From positions 70,844,788 through 70,908,787 of the forward strand of contig CM120640.1 of NCBI GenBank assembly GCA_051362555.1: a DNA stretch of 64,000 nucleotides, given 5' to 3'. The notes below the pieces were generated by a model. The model did not search any database. It was given only the letters and a program-made list of their open reading frames with translations, and had not been told where the DNA came from. Of the stretch, positions 35,901 through 50,900 are shown piece by piece (the first letter of the stretch is position 1; every line of letters begins with the position of its first letter). The DNA comes from Lingula anatina. Taxonomy: Eukaryota > Animalia > Brachiopoda. A program made the position numbers and the translations under genes.

Positions 35901-38900
35901 GGGTGATCAATATACTCAGCCTATAGAGCTGGTAAAACTACTGTAGCCCCACATAAAACTGTTGCCTGTTTATTTAATGCCTGCCTGAGTTTCAGCTGCC
36001 GCTATTGAATTTGTTTCTTTAATTTCCTGAAAAGTAAATACAATAAATGGGCTAGACATTGGCTTACAAAGCATCTTGGAAGAGGTCTTTTGAGTTGGAA
36101 TTAAAAAAATTAAGCCATTTTGTCGGCAGTGCTAAATAGGAAATTATAGAGTTACATCGTGATCAGGCATCAGTGGTTCTGCATTCAAGTAATGGTCATA
36201 CCTTGGTAGCTCCAAAATTGAGAGAAATGAGATCCGTTTAAAGAATTTTTTTTCAATTTACATCTTTAGATACCTGAATACCTCTGTGCTTTGATGTGTT
36301 TATTTAGGAGCAAGAAGACACATCATGGCACTTGGATTTGTTCCTTTTTGAAAGTAGTGTCGTGTTTTTTTCTGTGCTGATATCAGGCATGTTTTCATAC
36401 CATCGTGATACCAACACTTTAAAAAACTGTAAAAAAATCACTACCTGGCATGCTGGCAGATAAATACCTTATTTCTACAGATGCATGTGCATACTGTGGC
36501 ACAAGCTAGATTGCCCCACCCACACTAGATGTGATTATTTAGTAATTCATATCCAGATTTTCTGAGAATGTTGTTTATTTGCTGCCCAAGTGTAGGTATC
36601 AACCCATTTTTGTGAGGAGCTTCCTTAGAGGCTTTCTCTTTTGATTAGCATTGCTTGCTAGTAGCATTATGGGACCATTCCTAGACCCTTTCGTACCAAC
36701 TTTGGATCGATCTATCTCCAAGGGGATTCTCATGAAATTGCTATAAACTTAAGTGGCTTAGATGTCTGTCATGCCTTTTGTAGCTGCTAGGGGGTAATAA
36801 ATTATCAATCAGCAGCTTCTGTAGGCATGCTAGTCTATGATTGCTACATAAGTCACACAGTAATTCACTACCAGTATTTATATTGTTAGATGTTGTTATC
36901 ATGGCACCTAATCTGGCTGGAGAGTCTGACCTGTCTGTCTCTATGTTTCAGGTCTACGGCCCTCCGCCGGACAGCCAGGAATATCACGGCTCGTTGGATC
37001 GTGAAGGCATGCGTGAAGAGATTCTGGACGATGATGAGTGTCCACTAGCTATCCTTATGCAGCATCCTCCATCCAGAGGTCAGTTCTTATCCTGGAGTTC
37101 AACTCATATTTATGCACCAGAATTATTATGTCATTATCTGGCTTAGTTCTTATACTTCATTGGTTTAACAGAAAAATTAAATATTTGAGTAGATTTTGAA
37201 CAAATCCAAGGTGCTTCTATTTTTAGAATTTCATTGGAAAGTAAATTTTTGAATGTTGGGTTTTTTATCACCAAAGGTGCCATCACCTACCACTTGAAGA
37301 AGAAGCCAGATGGTTACAAGCATATCGTGAAGAGACAAAGGAAGGGGAAGAGACAGGAGGATGAGTTTTATGCTGAGCAGATGAGACAAGAGAGGTTGCC
37401 TTACCTGGTCCCTCTTAATGCAGGTAAATGGTTGGAAAAAAGTCATTATCTAGATGTTAAGTTCTATTTGATCTTTCTTCATTCCAAGCTGGCCACATAT
37501 GCAGGAAGAGTCTTATAGGTCTGATAAAAACTGTATTGCCGTTAGTCTATAGTCAATTTGTTTATTTTCTGCGTTAACTATGTATGATAGCTAGATGTGT
37601 AAAGCTCAGGCAGATTTGACCTGCTGTGGCTCCAGGCTACGTGTAGAACTGAAGACAAATCCATAGAACTACAACATGAATGCCTATGAAACCTGTCATA
37701 TAGAAGGCTAATGTTAGTTAAAGGCTTCCTAAAAATTGATCTGTTTGATTAGTGTTATACCCAAGGCTACATTTAAGGGTAAACAACGTGATATTGCTAA
37801 CGCATCAGAACAAAAGGCAATGATGAATCCTATAGGCTACATTTTAAAGTGAAAATGATATCAGTATCTGAGAAGTTAGAAGTAAAACACATTAAGGATT
37901 TGGTCTTATTTCAGATGGCACAGATCTGCCCAAACCTAAGAAGTACAGACTCCAGTTAAATGTCACAGAAGTTGGCAGTGAGAGGTCCAACTCCACCAGT
38001 GGACAGTACTTACAGGTAGAATACTAGTGGATATTGGATAATTGAATTATTTTGGTTAAAGAATATATTTTTATTAATAAAAAAATGGTTAAAGAATAAC
38101 CATTTTAGTTAGTAATTGTTGAGGCTGATTTAAGAAACAAAAACTTAAACTCACCACAATGACTAAATGCAATCTTTTCAAAATCCATTGAGTTGACAAA
38201 CATGATATCAACTTTATCTCTACTCCAGCTGTTTGGTCCAACCATCCAGCCGAGGCACTGTGTGATAGCCCACACTGAGGGTGTTGTCACTGTGACCCCC
38301 ACCAGCAGAGAGGCAGAGTGCTACGTAGGGGGTCAGAGGATTGCTGAGACCACCATGTTGACCAATGGCGTCACTGTTAGGTTTGGGCGACATCATGCTT
38401 TCAGGTTCTGTGACCCCAAGGAAGAGGAGGTATGAAAAAATGATATGTGGATAAAATAATCAGATTTGTCCAATATTAGTTATGTGCTTGAATTTCTATT
38501 TGTGTAATTTGAATGATTTGTAGACCATGAAAACCAAAAGAAAAGTAAATGAACGAGCTCCTTGGGTAACATTTGAGAAAGATACACTGTTTATATTTTG
38601 TGTAAATGTAATTTTCTTGAGTAGAAACTGATAGTCTCTTCTGGTTATCACCAGTAACTCACAGCGTGTCATAAATCCATTTTATACTTAAACAGCGTCA
38701 GATGATGAAGCGTCAGATGCACAGCGAGCCTGCACTGCGTCACCAAGGCAACAGGAACAGGGATGACCCCGCTAATAATTTTGAGACAACATTTGATGTA
38801 GATGGTCACATAGAGACAGTTTCCAGTCCCAGCAAGGATGGGATGCCAAGGTTAGAGTCTGTTGAAATATGTTGTCATATTTTATGTAAGGATATCTACC

Positions 38901-41900
38901 CAGAGGATGTTATAAGTATGGAAACGTGTATCTGTTGAAGAGTCAAGTCAGAGGCAAAATGGAAAACTTTCTAGAACAGTTTGAGGACTGAAGATCTAAG
39001 TCATAGTAACACACTCTCTGGTTATAAGAAGGACCTGTACCACTTCAGGTATTTGAAGTTTACTTTCTAGCTGTGTTGTCATAGCGCTGTCTATATTTGC
39101 AGAATGCCCCCAGGGATGGAGCCAGGGATGCCAGATATCCTGCCTGCTACCCTGGAGTTCAGGGAGGAAGGTAATATGGAGCTTTTGTAGAATTATATGG
39201 CACTGTACTTGGTGTTAATAGACAACTATATTTCTTAAAAGTAAACAGCCATGTTACTTTTGAATAAACAGCTTTGTTTCTTAAAGAAAAGAATGAGGTG
39301 AACTTTCCAGCAGTAATGGTGTGCTTGAAGATCATGTATTAAAATGTTGCTGGGAAGGAAATTTACTTGTTGTGGTCTTTATCTCAAGGCAGGCTTATTT
39401 TTATGAGTGCATTTATTGAAGAAATATGAATTTATCTCCATGTAGATTATATCATAATGAATGAAACTTACCTTTATTTCCAGGTGAAGATGCTTTCTTG
39501 TCAGCACTGATCAGTGAAGTGAATGGTGCCAATGTCCAGTTCAAGCTCTCGCCTACCTATAGCTTATACATGGCTACCAGGTACAGGATATCGCGGGGTT
39601 ATCGCCCAGACATGAGCCCTAACGAGAGGGCCCACAGGTTGACCGTCTGGTGTGGCAAAGTGGCTACTATTACACAGATTGCTATCCAGGTAATATATGG
39701 AACTATGAAAGATGTCTTCTACTTTCACTTTAATGTATAAAATAAATAATAAAAAGTTAATTTTCTTTTTGAAGCAAGTATAATATTTCTCCACAATTTT
39801 AACATTTTATCATGTGTTCATACAAAATGTACACAATTGTCATTTAGGGTAAATATTTTTTCCTGTAAATCAATTTTGGTACAATTTTTACCTTTATATA
39901 GGTTAATCACTTAAAAATCTAATGCTGTTTTAAGTCTTTCTGATGTCTCCTTTCCTCCTCACAGGACAATGGAGACAACGCCAGTGCTCTGGCTTTCTGG
40001 ATGGCCAATGCCTCCGAGCTGCTTCACTTCTTTAAACACGACAGAGAAATTGGTCCGTTCACCCTGGAGGCCCAGGACATACTGGCAGAGGCCGTACAGC
40101 TGGCCTTTAAACAGCTGACCCTATGTCTACAGGGTGATCTGCGCCATGTTATGCCTGCCTTTCTTCATGACCGCGATGATGATGAAGAGGAGGATAATGT
40201 CTTCACAGGTATGTTAACGTGGAGTTGTCTTCACCTGTTCTCTAGATTGGTAAGATATGTGAATAAGTAATGAGTGGAGGTTTTAGATATTATGTAGAAG
40301 CAAGTCCTTATTGTAGAATAGTATTTCTTCACTTCATATTTTTCAGTGTTGTAAGCATTCTTGTATCATCATTTTACTATTGTGATATCCATGCATTCTT
40401 GTTGATATTCATACGTCTTAAAGGAAATGATATGTTCCATAGTATAGTAATTTGTTGTGACAGCAGAACCTTTTGTGGAAATATAATTGCTTTGCCTAAT
40501 CCTTTTGCTTGAGAATTCCAACTGAAAATTTGCTTCCTTTGGTTGTTCTTTTTGTTTTATAATTAAAATGAACCCCAGTTATAAAATATTATTGTTTCCT
40601 TCCATATAATACAAAAATTATAAAGAACCTGTAAACCCCTGTAATTTAAAAAAGCTTTTGTCTATTATGATTTAGTGCATGTCTGTCTGACTGTCAGTGT
40701 AAACTATTAGTGTTATGAAAAAATTACAGGCTCTTAAATGATTTCCTTTTCCCTTCAGCCAGCTATGTTTTTTTTGTTTGCTAACACTTTATTTCATGGC
40801 TTTAAAAGAGATATGTGGCTTTTTTTTTGCATTTGAAAGGTTTTATCCTTTGCTTAATTACTAACTAAATAGAAATATAGACAAAACACTCACTGTAACA
40901 GTAGAGTAGAGCTAATTGCTTTCACTTAACAGTCCAGCACATAGCATTGTGTTAGTTGTGACAGATTGTGCCTGTCACAATTGTTTTCTTCTCCACTGTT
41001 ATTAATCAGCTGTGGTTGGGGCTCTTTTGATTTGTAGATAACGCTGATGTTGATGAAAGGGGACAATCACGTCAGAGTAGAGGCCTAGGTAACTAATGTC
41101 ATTGTTATAGCATGAATTATTTATGGGAAAAGGGATATCTCTTTATCTTAGTCAGTATACAGACTATATTACAACTTGCATCTTTTTTTCTATGCACATT
41201 TAGTGTCTATATCTTGAAGATGGTCCACATGATTTGAGTTATTCTGACTTACACCTACATGTAGAATCTATCCTTTTCAAACATCTGCAGATTTTTCACT
41301 TCATCTGAAATCATCCACCTTTGCTGCTTTTTATCTTATCTGCAAAACACACAGCTAAATGGGAAAGGTCTTTGCAAATTTGTTTTACATGTATTGAATT
41401 AATAGCATACTAAATTGTGATCTACTATACATTACCATTAGGTGCAGTACTACAGACGCTGTCTTCCGCCATGTCTTTGCTGCGGCGCTGTCGTGTGAAC
41501 GCTGCACTGACCATTCAGTTGTTTTCGCAGCTGTTTCATTATATCAACATGTGGCTCTTCAACCAAGTGGTCACAGAGCCCCACCTACAGCTCTGCTCAC
41601 GCACCTGGGGGCTGCGTTTCAAACGTCGCTTAGCTCGTGTGGAGGCATGGGCAGAGAAGCAAGGTCTGGAGCTGGCGGCTGACTGTCACCTGTGCAGAAT
41701 TATACAAGTAAGGAGAATTGATACAAAAATGATTTACTTATTCTAAGAAAATCACAATGAGGAAATGTCAAATTACTTTTGTGAAGGTTGTAGTTGAGTA
41801 AGTGGTAAGAATTCAATTTTTCAATCAAATTTTAACTCCCTTTTCTTTCTTTCATCTTTTAGGCTGCCCATCTGCTGCAGGCACCCAAGAGCAGCCCAGA

Positions 41901-44900
41901 CGACATTGCCAGCATCAGCTCTGCCTGCTTCAAACTCAACTCCCTTCAGCTGCGCGCTCTCCTCCAACACTACATCCCCAGCCAGGGGGAGCCACGTATC
42001 CCTCAAGACCTGATAGACAGTGTTGTGGCGGTGGCAGAGAACACGGCTGATGAGCTGACCCGCAGCGATGGCCGGGATGTTCGTCTGGAGGAGGATCCGG
42101 ACCTGAACTTGCCGTTCTTGCTGCCTGAAGATGGCTACTCCTGCGATGTGATCCGAGGAGTGCCTGGCGGACTGCCGGAGTTTGTGGACCCTCTCTGTCA
42201 GACAGGTGAGTAATCCACACACATGCACATGGGGGAACAGCCCAACTGTCTGATTCTTCTGATGATTCACTTATTTTTCACAAATGAATTATTGGTAGAC
42301 TAATATGATCAAATATATGTTAGTCTCTTTTGCTGAAGTGAATTATTTTGGCAATTTGTGAAAATTTTATTGATTAAGTGGAGTTAAGTATGAAGTGTGA
42401 GGTATGTTTGGATTTCACGGCTGTTTTAACCTAACCTTCAAGTTGACAAACACATAAAGCAAAAGGGGGAAAACACCAGTTAACTGGTTTAGAGTTTTAT
42501 CCTTTGAAGATTTTTAGTGTTTAATGCAAAAAGAGTTTTTTTTTTTTTAATCTTAGTTGGGTGGATAGCTTTACATTTAAGAATTACTTTTTATATACTA
42601 TAGTTGTAACTGTACATGTATTTTATTACTATTTGTGAATTTATCACTTTTATGGTATGTGTAAAGAAAACTCCCATGTTCTCATTTCATGAAAAAAATT
42701 GTCATTTATTGATTGAATTGACTTGAATTTAGCTAAAATGAAAAGAAAATGGCAGTTAATTCCTAATGGATTACAAACAACATTAATTTCTCTCACAAGG
42801 GAATGAAAACATTATTGTTCTCCCACTTTATCAAGTTGCATTTACTTAATGATTTTAAGCCTCTGTGTCAATGAGGAATGTTAGCGGTGCAGTTGTCTGT
42901 CAGGCCAGTGATATTAACTGGAACAAATTGCCCTGCAAGTCAAGGTCTGCCTTTTCCATAATAATAATAGTATAGAAACATGTTACCAGCAGTTGACTAG
43001 GTGTCTTTTCAATATCAGGTTGACGTAGGTGGCTTGGTATTGACTCTCCCATGATGTAACAAAGGACCCTATTTACAGCCCTTCTTTGTCCTGAAAAAAA
43101 GGAGCCTTATTAAATTTCCCAACATGTGTGCATTTTATAACTGCACATAGAAGTGCTACACAGAGCAGCCTTGGCCCCCTTAAAGAGACCAGTTCTGTGC
43201 CTACAATACTAAATACTCCTCCATGTTTTCAAACACAAGAAACTTTAGGTAATGCTGATTGTTGTAGCTTTAGCTTTATGGTGGTGAGAACTGTTACTTC
43301 AGAACACTGTGGAGAGGTGGGATATCCGCCTTGCTTCTGGGCACGATTGCAATCCACACTCTGACACCCACAGCAAGAGTCACCATACTGTTCTAATTGT
43401 ATTATTGGTAGATTGTTCTCTGTGTTAATCCTGCCAGCCAACTGTATCTGGAATACAGTGTATTTTACTGGTTTGCTGACTCTTAGTCACATTCTAGAAT
43501 TCTAACCTTTCAAAATAGTCAGTGTCATAAGAGCAGAGCTGAGGTTGAAGATGACTGGATGTGAAGTGTTATCATACCATAAACCTTAATATGGTTGAAT
43601 TTCACCTGACATATTGTGCCTTTATTTGTGAGGTTTGGAGTCTTTCAGATATTATTACTACCATGTACTGATCTGATTACAGGTCTGTGTCGCCTGACCC
43701 TGCAGCCGATGTCGTCCGGCCTGTGGACCATCTATATGCCTGACCAGGACCCCAGCGCCATGTCACATGAGGTAAGCTGGGGGTAATAGCCAGACATGGG
43801 GGGGGGGGGGGGGGTGGTGCTTCTTGAGTGGGAGCTTGATGGAAGATAATAGCATTCAGTGATGCAAGCAGAAAAAAAGTTGAAAATGTCTAATTGTTAA
43901 TTCTGTTAATGTTATGGATCTGATAAATGTCATAAATTGCTAGGCTTTATTATGTGGTCCTGAGTAAGCTGTTATAATTGGTGGATTAGTGCTAGTAAGT
44001 TAAAAGATGAATTTAATTTAAGAAATTTTGTTGGTGGATGAAGACACCAGAGCATTTGGATCTAGAATAATAATAAAGAAATGAAATGCTTTGATTTAAA
44101 ATTTTTTAATGTATTTGGTAAGGTCCATTTAAAGCAAGTATTGCATGTGCAGTATACTCCATGTAGCTTCAGCTTTTTATGTTTTCAAGCCATACATCAT
44201 TTTAATCTGTTTCTTTTGTGATCCTTCTAAATTATTCACAGGAGCACTTGCACAGTAGAATGTCACTTTAATGTACCTTGCAAACAATATGAAGTAGATT
44301 GATACCTAAATTTTTAATCAGACTCTAGCAAACATAAATCAGACATGGTTGACACTTGTCACAGCACATTGAACTCAGGGTTTCCAGTTTTGAAAAATGC
44401 ACGTTTTTGACTGATTCAGGACCAGTGTTTTTTCTATGTTGACAGAACACTTGATTGATGTTGTAGTATTTGTATGGCCTGTGAAAATGTCATGTATTGT
44501 TAATTTTATTAAAACTGACATGTTGTCATGTGGGTGGAGGCTGAGTCACTGTCAACCAGGCGTGGAACATGGTGGGTAGAGAGGGAAAATAACGAGACAT
44601 TTTCTGTCAAAATCCCATTATAACATTTTTTGGGCTGGTTATTTCACAGTTTACCTAAAAAACCACTACATGTTCACCAGTTATTGTCAACAAAGAAGGA
44701 TGAAAAATTTTGTACACTGACTGCCAGTAAATGTAATCAGCCATGGTGTCACGATAACAAAAGACCCAGTTTACCAGAAGTGTCAGTTCATGGAGGATGT
44801 CAGGGAGTGCAAAGTACCCCCTCTAGATACCACCATGGACGGGAAAAGATAAGATTGTTTCTAGTAATTGAACATGTTACAAATTGCCTGGAGAAAAGAA

Positions 44901-47900
44901 CACAAAAACTTCATGTATTGATTTTCAGGAGTACTGTCCCAGATGGCTTGAAGACAATATGGCATAGATTGATATTTGTGTTGATTTGTTACTGGGTGGC
45001 ATAGAGTTAGTTCACTGATGGATATCAGTTGCTGTCTCCTGGGACATCTCTGTCTTCTATACTAATAGGCCATGATGTATCATTAGTGTGGTGTCTAAGT
45101 ACCATGGTGTCCAGACTAGGTGCACCCGTTAATAAATCAATGTGGTGTCCAAGTGTCATAGTGTCCAGACTAGGTGCACCCACTGATAACTTAATGTGGT
45201 GTCCAAGTGTCATGGCGTCCAGACTAGGTGCACCCACTGATAGCTTAATGTGGTGTCTAAGTGTCATGGCGTCCAGACTAGGTGCACCCACTGATAACTT
45301 AATGTGGTGTCTAAGTGTCATGGTGTCTAGACTAGGTGCACCCACTGATAACTTAATGTGGTGTCTAAGTACCATGGTGTCCAGACTAGGTGCACCCACT
45401 GATAACTTAATGTGGTGTCTAAGTGTCATGGTGTCCAGACTAGGTGCACCCACTGATTGCTTAATGTGGTGTCTAAGTGTCATGGTGTCTAGACTAGGTG
45501 CACCCACTGATAACTTAATGTGGTGTCTAAGTGTCATGGTGTCCAGACTAGGTGCACCCACTGATAACTTAATGTGGTGTCTAAGTGTCATGGTGTCCAG
45601 ACTAGGTGCACCCACTGATAACTTAATGTGGTGTCTAAGTGTCATGGTGTCCAGACTAGGTGCACCCACTGATAACTTCATGTGGTGTCTAAGTACCATG
45701 GTGTCCAGACTAGGTTCACTTATAACATAATGAAATGTTAGTGTGGCATATATTTATCATTCTAAGTGGTCGCTATCACCACCTGCACAGTGCAGGCATA
45801 ACAAAGCACCAGGGGAATCACTTAGTATTCTCTTTGAAAAGGTAGGAGGTTTAAAAGCCATCATTGATAAGAGATAAAATGTGAATGATGGTATATACAG
45901 ATGAAATCAATATCAGCTGAGAATTAGTGCCGAGTAGAAGACCAACAAAGTGACACATATTAATATTTGCGTCCAAACTGTCTGTGTGTGTTATGTGATA
46001 ATGCTGTTGTCGTGGAGAGGTAGTTCAATGGACAGGTGAGGTGGGACAGGTAACAGGACTGACAGATCTGCCGCAGTTTGTCTTGGTAAACATTACATCA
46101 GACGGAATCCTCACTAAGGTCAACATTGTATCTGTTCTCAGGAAATGAGAGGAATTCAAGACAGTGATTGGAATGAGATTATTTATAGGCTCAACAATGG
46201 AAAAACAAGGTGCGAAGTAATACTTGTGTAGTATTGCTGACACATGGGAGTCAGAGCAGGATGCTAATAGCTGTTTGATGAAGTGACAGAAGGGAGATGT
46301 CATTTTTAAAGTATATTGAATACTGAATCATTACACAGAATAGGAAGTATCAAGAGTTGGAATAAATAACTTCAACTGTCTGGATGATATTTCAGTCAAT
46401 TTAAAACCTTGGCAAGAATGGAATGTGAAAAGGAAATGGTATTTCTCTAGGCGGCTCTTTGTCTTCATTGAGATGCCATTTTAGCTTGAAGATTGTAAAA
46501 CTTTCACAATTTTTTCAGCATATGCAAGCTACTTTATTGGACAGAAAGAATTCCTAGTCCATCCTGGGTAACATCTTGTTTACTGAGTGTTGCCATGACG
46601 ATATCTGTATAAATTATGAAGTTGGCGTATGAAATGGGTTTATGACATGTTGTCTGAAAACCAAGTTTGCTGGGAAAGAACTTGTAAATGAATCTTTAGG
46701 GCAATTTAAACCAAGAAGATTTGGCACAGAGAACATGTGTGAACTGTGGACAGTGCTTGTAACATGGTACATTAAGAGGAAGAAGATAGTAAAAGTTTCC
46801 AGTTCCCCTCATTGTATTCACTGTTGTAGCTGACGTCCAGGTCATGCTACAGTATAATATCATCCTCGGTATGCTGAACTGGAAGAACAAATTTTCTACA
46901 GTGAAGCAGAAGAAACGAACAACAGCAAAGCATGCCGAATTTGAAACAGACCATTTTATTCGTCAATTGTTTTTACATCCATATACACACAAGCGGAATG
47001 CTTTTCATGTATGTATTTAATAGTTTGTCTGTCAGCCCCTTTTTTTTTCTGTCAGAGAAGCAGAAATGATTTTTCACAAAATGTTGGGGAATAAAAAAGA
47101 AAAGTGGCTCCTCAAGGTGATATTATCAGGGTTTTAGCAGGGCAGAAGGCATTTTCTTAAAATGTGATGTGTGTCACAACGGAATAAGTTTTTGAATGTT
47201 TTTTTTTCTACACTTTGACAGAAAGGTAGTTTTGTCTTTCTACTTGTTTTATTAAAAAACAGTAGTTAGCACAAAATATAATGAACCTGGAGAATATCTG
47301 CCATAGCTGTTATCACAGATACAACAAGTTTGATCCATTCTGTTGGCCTAATATCTAAAAACCGAGTGAATCATTTGGGGAAAGTGACCACAATAAAAGA
47401 TGTATGTACATATGATGAAGACAACAAGAAAAAATTATAAACATACATTTTCTTTATGGACAGATTCCATTAGGAATCCATTTCATTCCATACGAAGATG
47501 ATAATATTTACTACATAGACTACATCCTATTCCTTATTGTTTCAGAGCCTGTCTGGGAGTCCCCCTGGTCTACCCCAGGATGTGCTGCCACCTGGACTAC
47601 CTAAGGACCCCGAGATTATCAATGTGACCTTTCAGAAGGTCGGCGGCAGTATGGGGCTCAGTATTGTAGCAGCCAAGGTAAGTGCTCCTTATCAGACACA
47701 CCACATACTGTGGGATGACACACAAAGACTGTCTGCTCCTCATTTTGATGTCAGTTTATTTATTTTTTATTGCAAAATCCAGTGAACATGCCATGTAAAC
47801 TTAAGGCGATGATTTGAAGAGAAGAGGGAGAGTGCAAAGATGATGTCATTTACAAAGAAACTAAAATAAAAAAGGAGACAATATTTGTGTCATCTCACAG

Positions 47901-50900
47901 CGGGCCCATGGTTTAATGTTTTTTTCACCATGTACAACATGCTCTAACAGAAGATAACAGTTAACTGCTAACACGTGAAAGCTCAGGCTGAATACATCTA
48001 ATTGCTGATCCCCAGTGTTTACTGAAAGGTTCCCCCTATCTGATGTACTGACTTAACCTGTTCTAATGGCATCATGACCATTGTATATGGTACCATCTAG
48101 AATACCTGAACCAGACATGCCTTTAAGAGGTATTTTTAATGGCAGAGTTATGTTTTAATGACACTGGGTGGAGTTGAAGTTCATTGGATTTATTCAACCT
48201 GAGAAGTATGTGGAACTTACACATGTGAAATGTTGGTTTATATCTTTATATATGATTTATGAATTATGAGAGTGATAAGTTTGGACAGAAAAGGTATGAA
48301 ATTGAATAAGTGTGTGTCAGCGTGATGCCCCCCTTTTACTGTGTTTATACTTATCTAAGTATTATTACAATTTTTTTGCTGTTTGGTGTCTGTATATGCC
48401 ACAGCCTTGCTGTCTAAAGGTATTTTAAAGCCAACTAAAATGCAGTGCAATAACATTTTGCCTACTAAGTACCGCCATAGGTAATATTGTTCTCATGCGA
48501 GTACATTAGAAATACGTAATTCTTAGAACATGAATAGGGCTATATCACTTCTTTGGCTAAAACTTTGGAAATGTCACTGAATATCATATCTCCTTTGTGA
48601 GTTTCACAATTCCCAAACATGAAACCCCTGGAAAGATAATTTTCATAAGGTTGTAATTAAAACAGGAAAAAGTGCAGGGATATTGATTTGGTGTGGAATA
48701 TTTATTACCAGGGAAAAGACTTGTTTGACATTATCTTACACATTCACCAGTTAATAAACTAGTGGATAGGTGAACAATCACTTGGCTTTGATTAAGGTAG
48801 CTCAAGTCTGGGGCTACTTTCAAATTTAAATATGTAGAAAAAATTATTGAAAATGAGCTAGATATAATAAAAAATGAAAGCACGGAAATCTAGTGAACTA
48901 AAAAAATCTAACCTAGTCATCTAAATAGCATTCTAATGGTAATGGAGAAAAGAGAGAGTGATTTGTCATATAATGGCTCTTAGGAAATTCATCATTCAGC
49001 TCCTGGCATAATATTTTATTACTTAAGATGATGTAGATGGTTATCAGTCAGGGTATGAAGTGATTTAGAACGGGACTGGCTGTCACATTGTCCTGGTCCT
49101 CCTGTCAAGGTGAGAGTCCCCACTGTCAGTGAGGAAGCCAGGAGATGAGGTGATCTTATTTCACTCAGGATACCACTGTGAGGGATGCAATTAGAATGCC
49201 AAGCTCTGGGGTTTTCTATTATGTCTATATTCTACCCTTCTCTAGTTTCGGTCTAGATCTGAAATTCAGGAAAAATGTCTTTAAATTAAGTGTAAAATTT
49301 CAGATATTTTTCTTAAAATAAACCTTGTGAAGATAACCACATTAATTAAAGTCATTTGCAGCATTGTTATAGTCCTACTTTAACAATCAGGAGGAATCAC
49401 CTCTGTAAACTTATCATACCTACTCCTTTGTGTAGTTTATTTCCCAACAGGTCAACTTGTTTGAATACTGCATTCCTCACCTATTTTATTTAGAGCTAAT
49501 TTGCTGGATATGGGAATTCAAAAACATGCAAAAGATTAGGTGAGTTTAGGTATTTCTGACCAAGCTTATCGGGTTGATCTTCTTTCACCCTGCTCTGGGG
49601 TGTGTGTCTAAAGGGATATCTGTTAGTATGCCAGGCTGCTTTGAACAAAACAGGGGCCACTGGGCCTTTGGTTGGGGCAACTGAGGCATGTGGTATTTGA
49701 GCTCAAGCTGAACTGGCCCAGTGTTCTATGGAAGATATCTGAAGATGGCCACAGCTCTGGGAAGGATGGGGCAGCCTTTTGTTAACTAGAGAAATGCACT
49801 TGAATAAAGGCCACCATCCTAGTATTATAGTGCCCTCAATCCCGTTCTGACCAATACCATTCCTATGGCCTAACTGTGCTGAAACCTTTTTACCATTTGA
49901 AAAGCAAAGCAAATCTCAACTGATATCCCTGACTAACTCATGGTGAGAGTATTGAGTTGGGAGTTTGGCTGACAAAGTAGGTAAGATGAGGTTTTAATTG
50001 GAGTGTTTAAACAGGTTATTCCACAGGGATTGCGTATGTAGCTCTGATAACAAACTTGGAAAGGCATCATATCAAAACATGAGAGATTATTGTAGTTTTA
50101 CATCCATGGTAATTTGTTTTCATCAATTTAGCTAAAAGCAATGGATTGGGCTTCAGTCAGGTCACTTGATTAATGAACCAGTCAACTTAATTTTAGTCAA
50201 CAGCTAAACCCTAGTTTTATGCATTTTCTGATATAAATGTGCATTGCCACAGATCTAAATGTTTAAAAAATTAATACTTTTTGGAAAGGCTTCCAAGTAT
50301 TGCCCATGGTAGCATGTTTTTCTCTTTAAAATGGGTCAGTTAGAGATTCTTATCAATTCATTTGTTAAAAAGTGTTAAAGAATAATTCAGCAGTTTGTCT
50401 TGGTTGACAACTACTTTCCTGATTAGTGGAGTAAATACCCAAGTTTGTTTGAAGAGGTATTTGTGGTGGTTTGTTCCACGCATTCTTCCAGCATGCCTGC
50501 AATGAATGCCCTCTATTGGGGAGCTGAAGCATGTACACAAATAAGCTAGACGCTTGGGTCCTGATTAGCATAACAATGACCTGAGGGCGAGTTGTACGCT
50601 GTCAGACGTCGTAGGTGTACATGTCGCTGTGAAGACCTGTAGTAGCAAAGGTAGGAGAGGAAATTACTGCTGTCTCCATGTTGAGCTTATCAAGGATTAC
50701 TACGTCTTCTTAATCATGATGTGATAAATTGATTTGTTTAACTGTCACATATTAAATATGTTATTTTTCAGTCTATTTGTTGTCACCTGTTCACCTGCAG
50801 TGTTCTAGGCAGGTATTGAGGTGCAGTGAGTATTAAGAGGACAATCAGCTGTTCTCTGCAGTCATTAGGCTGTGTTAAGTGTAACTAATCTTGTTGAAAC

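Noticed and set aside
45087-45720. CRISPR array or repeat-protein gene
   Set aside because: Units are contiguous with no unique spacers, there are no cas genes and the context is a eukaryotic intron; the ORFs arise from the 54-bp periodicity.
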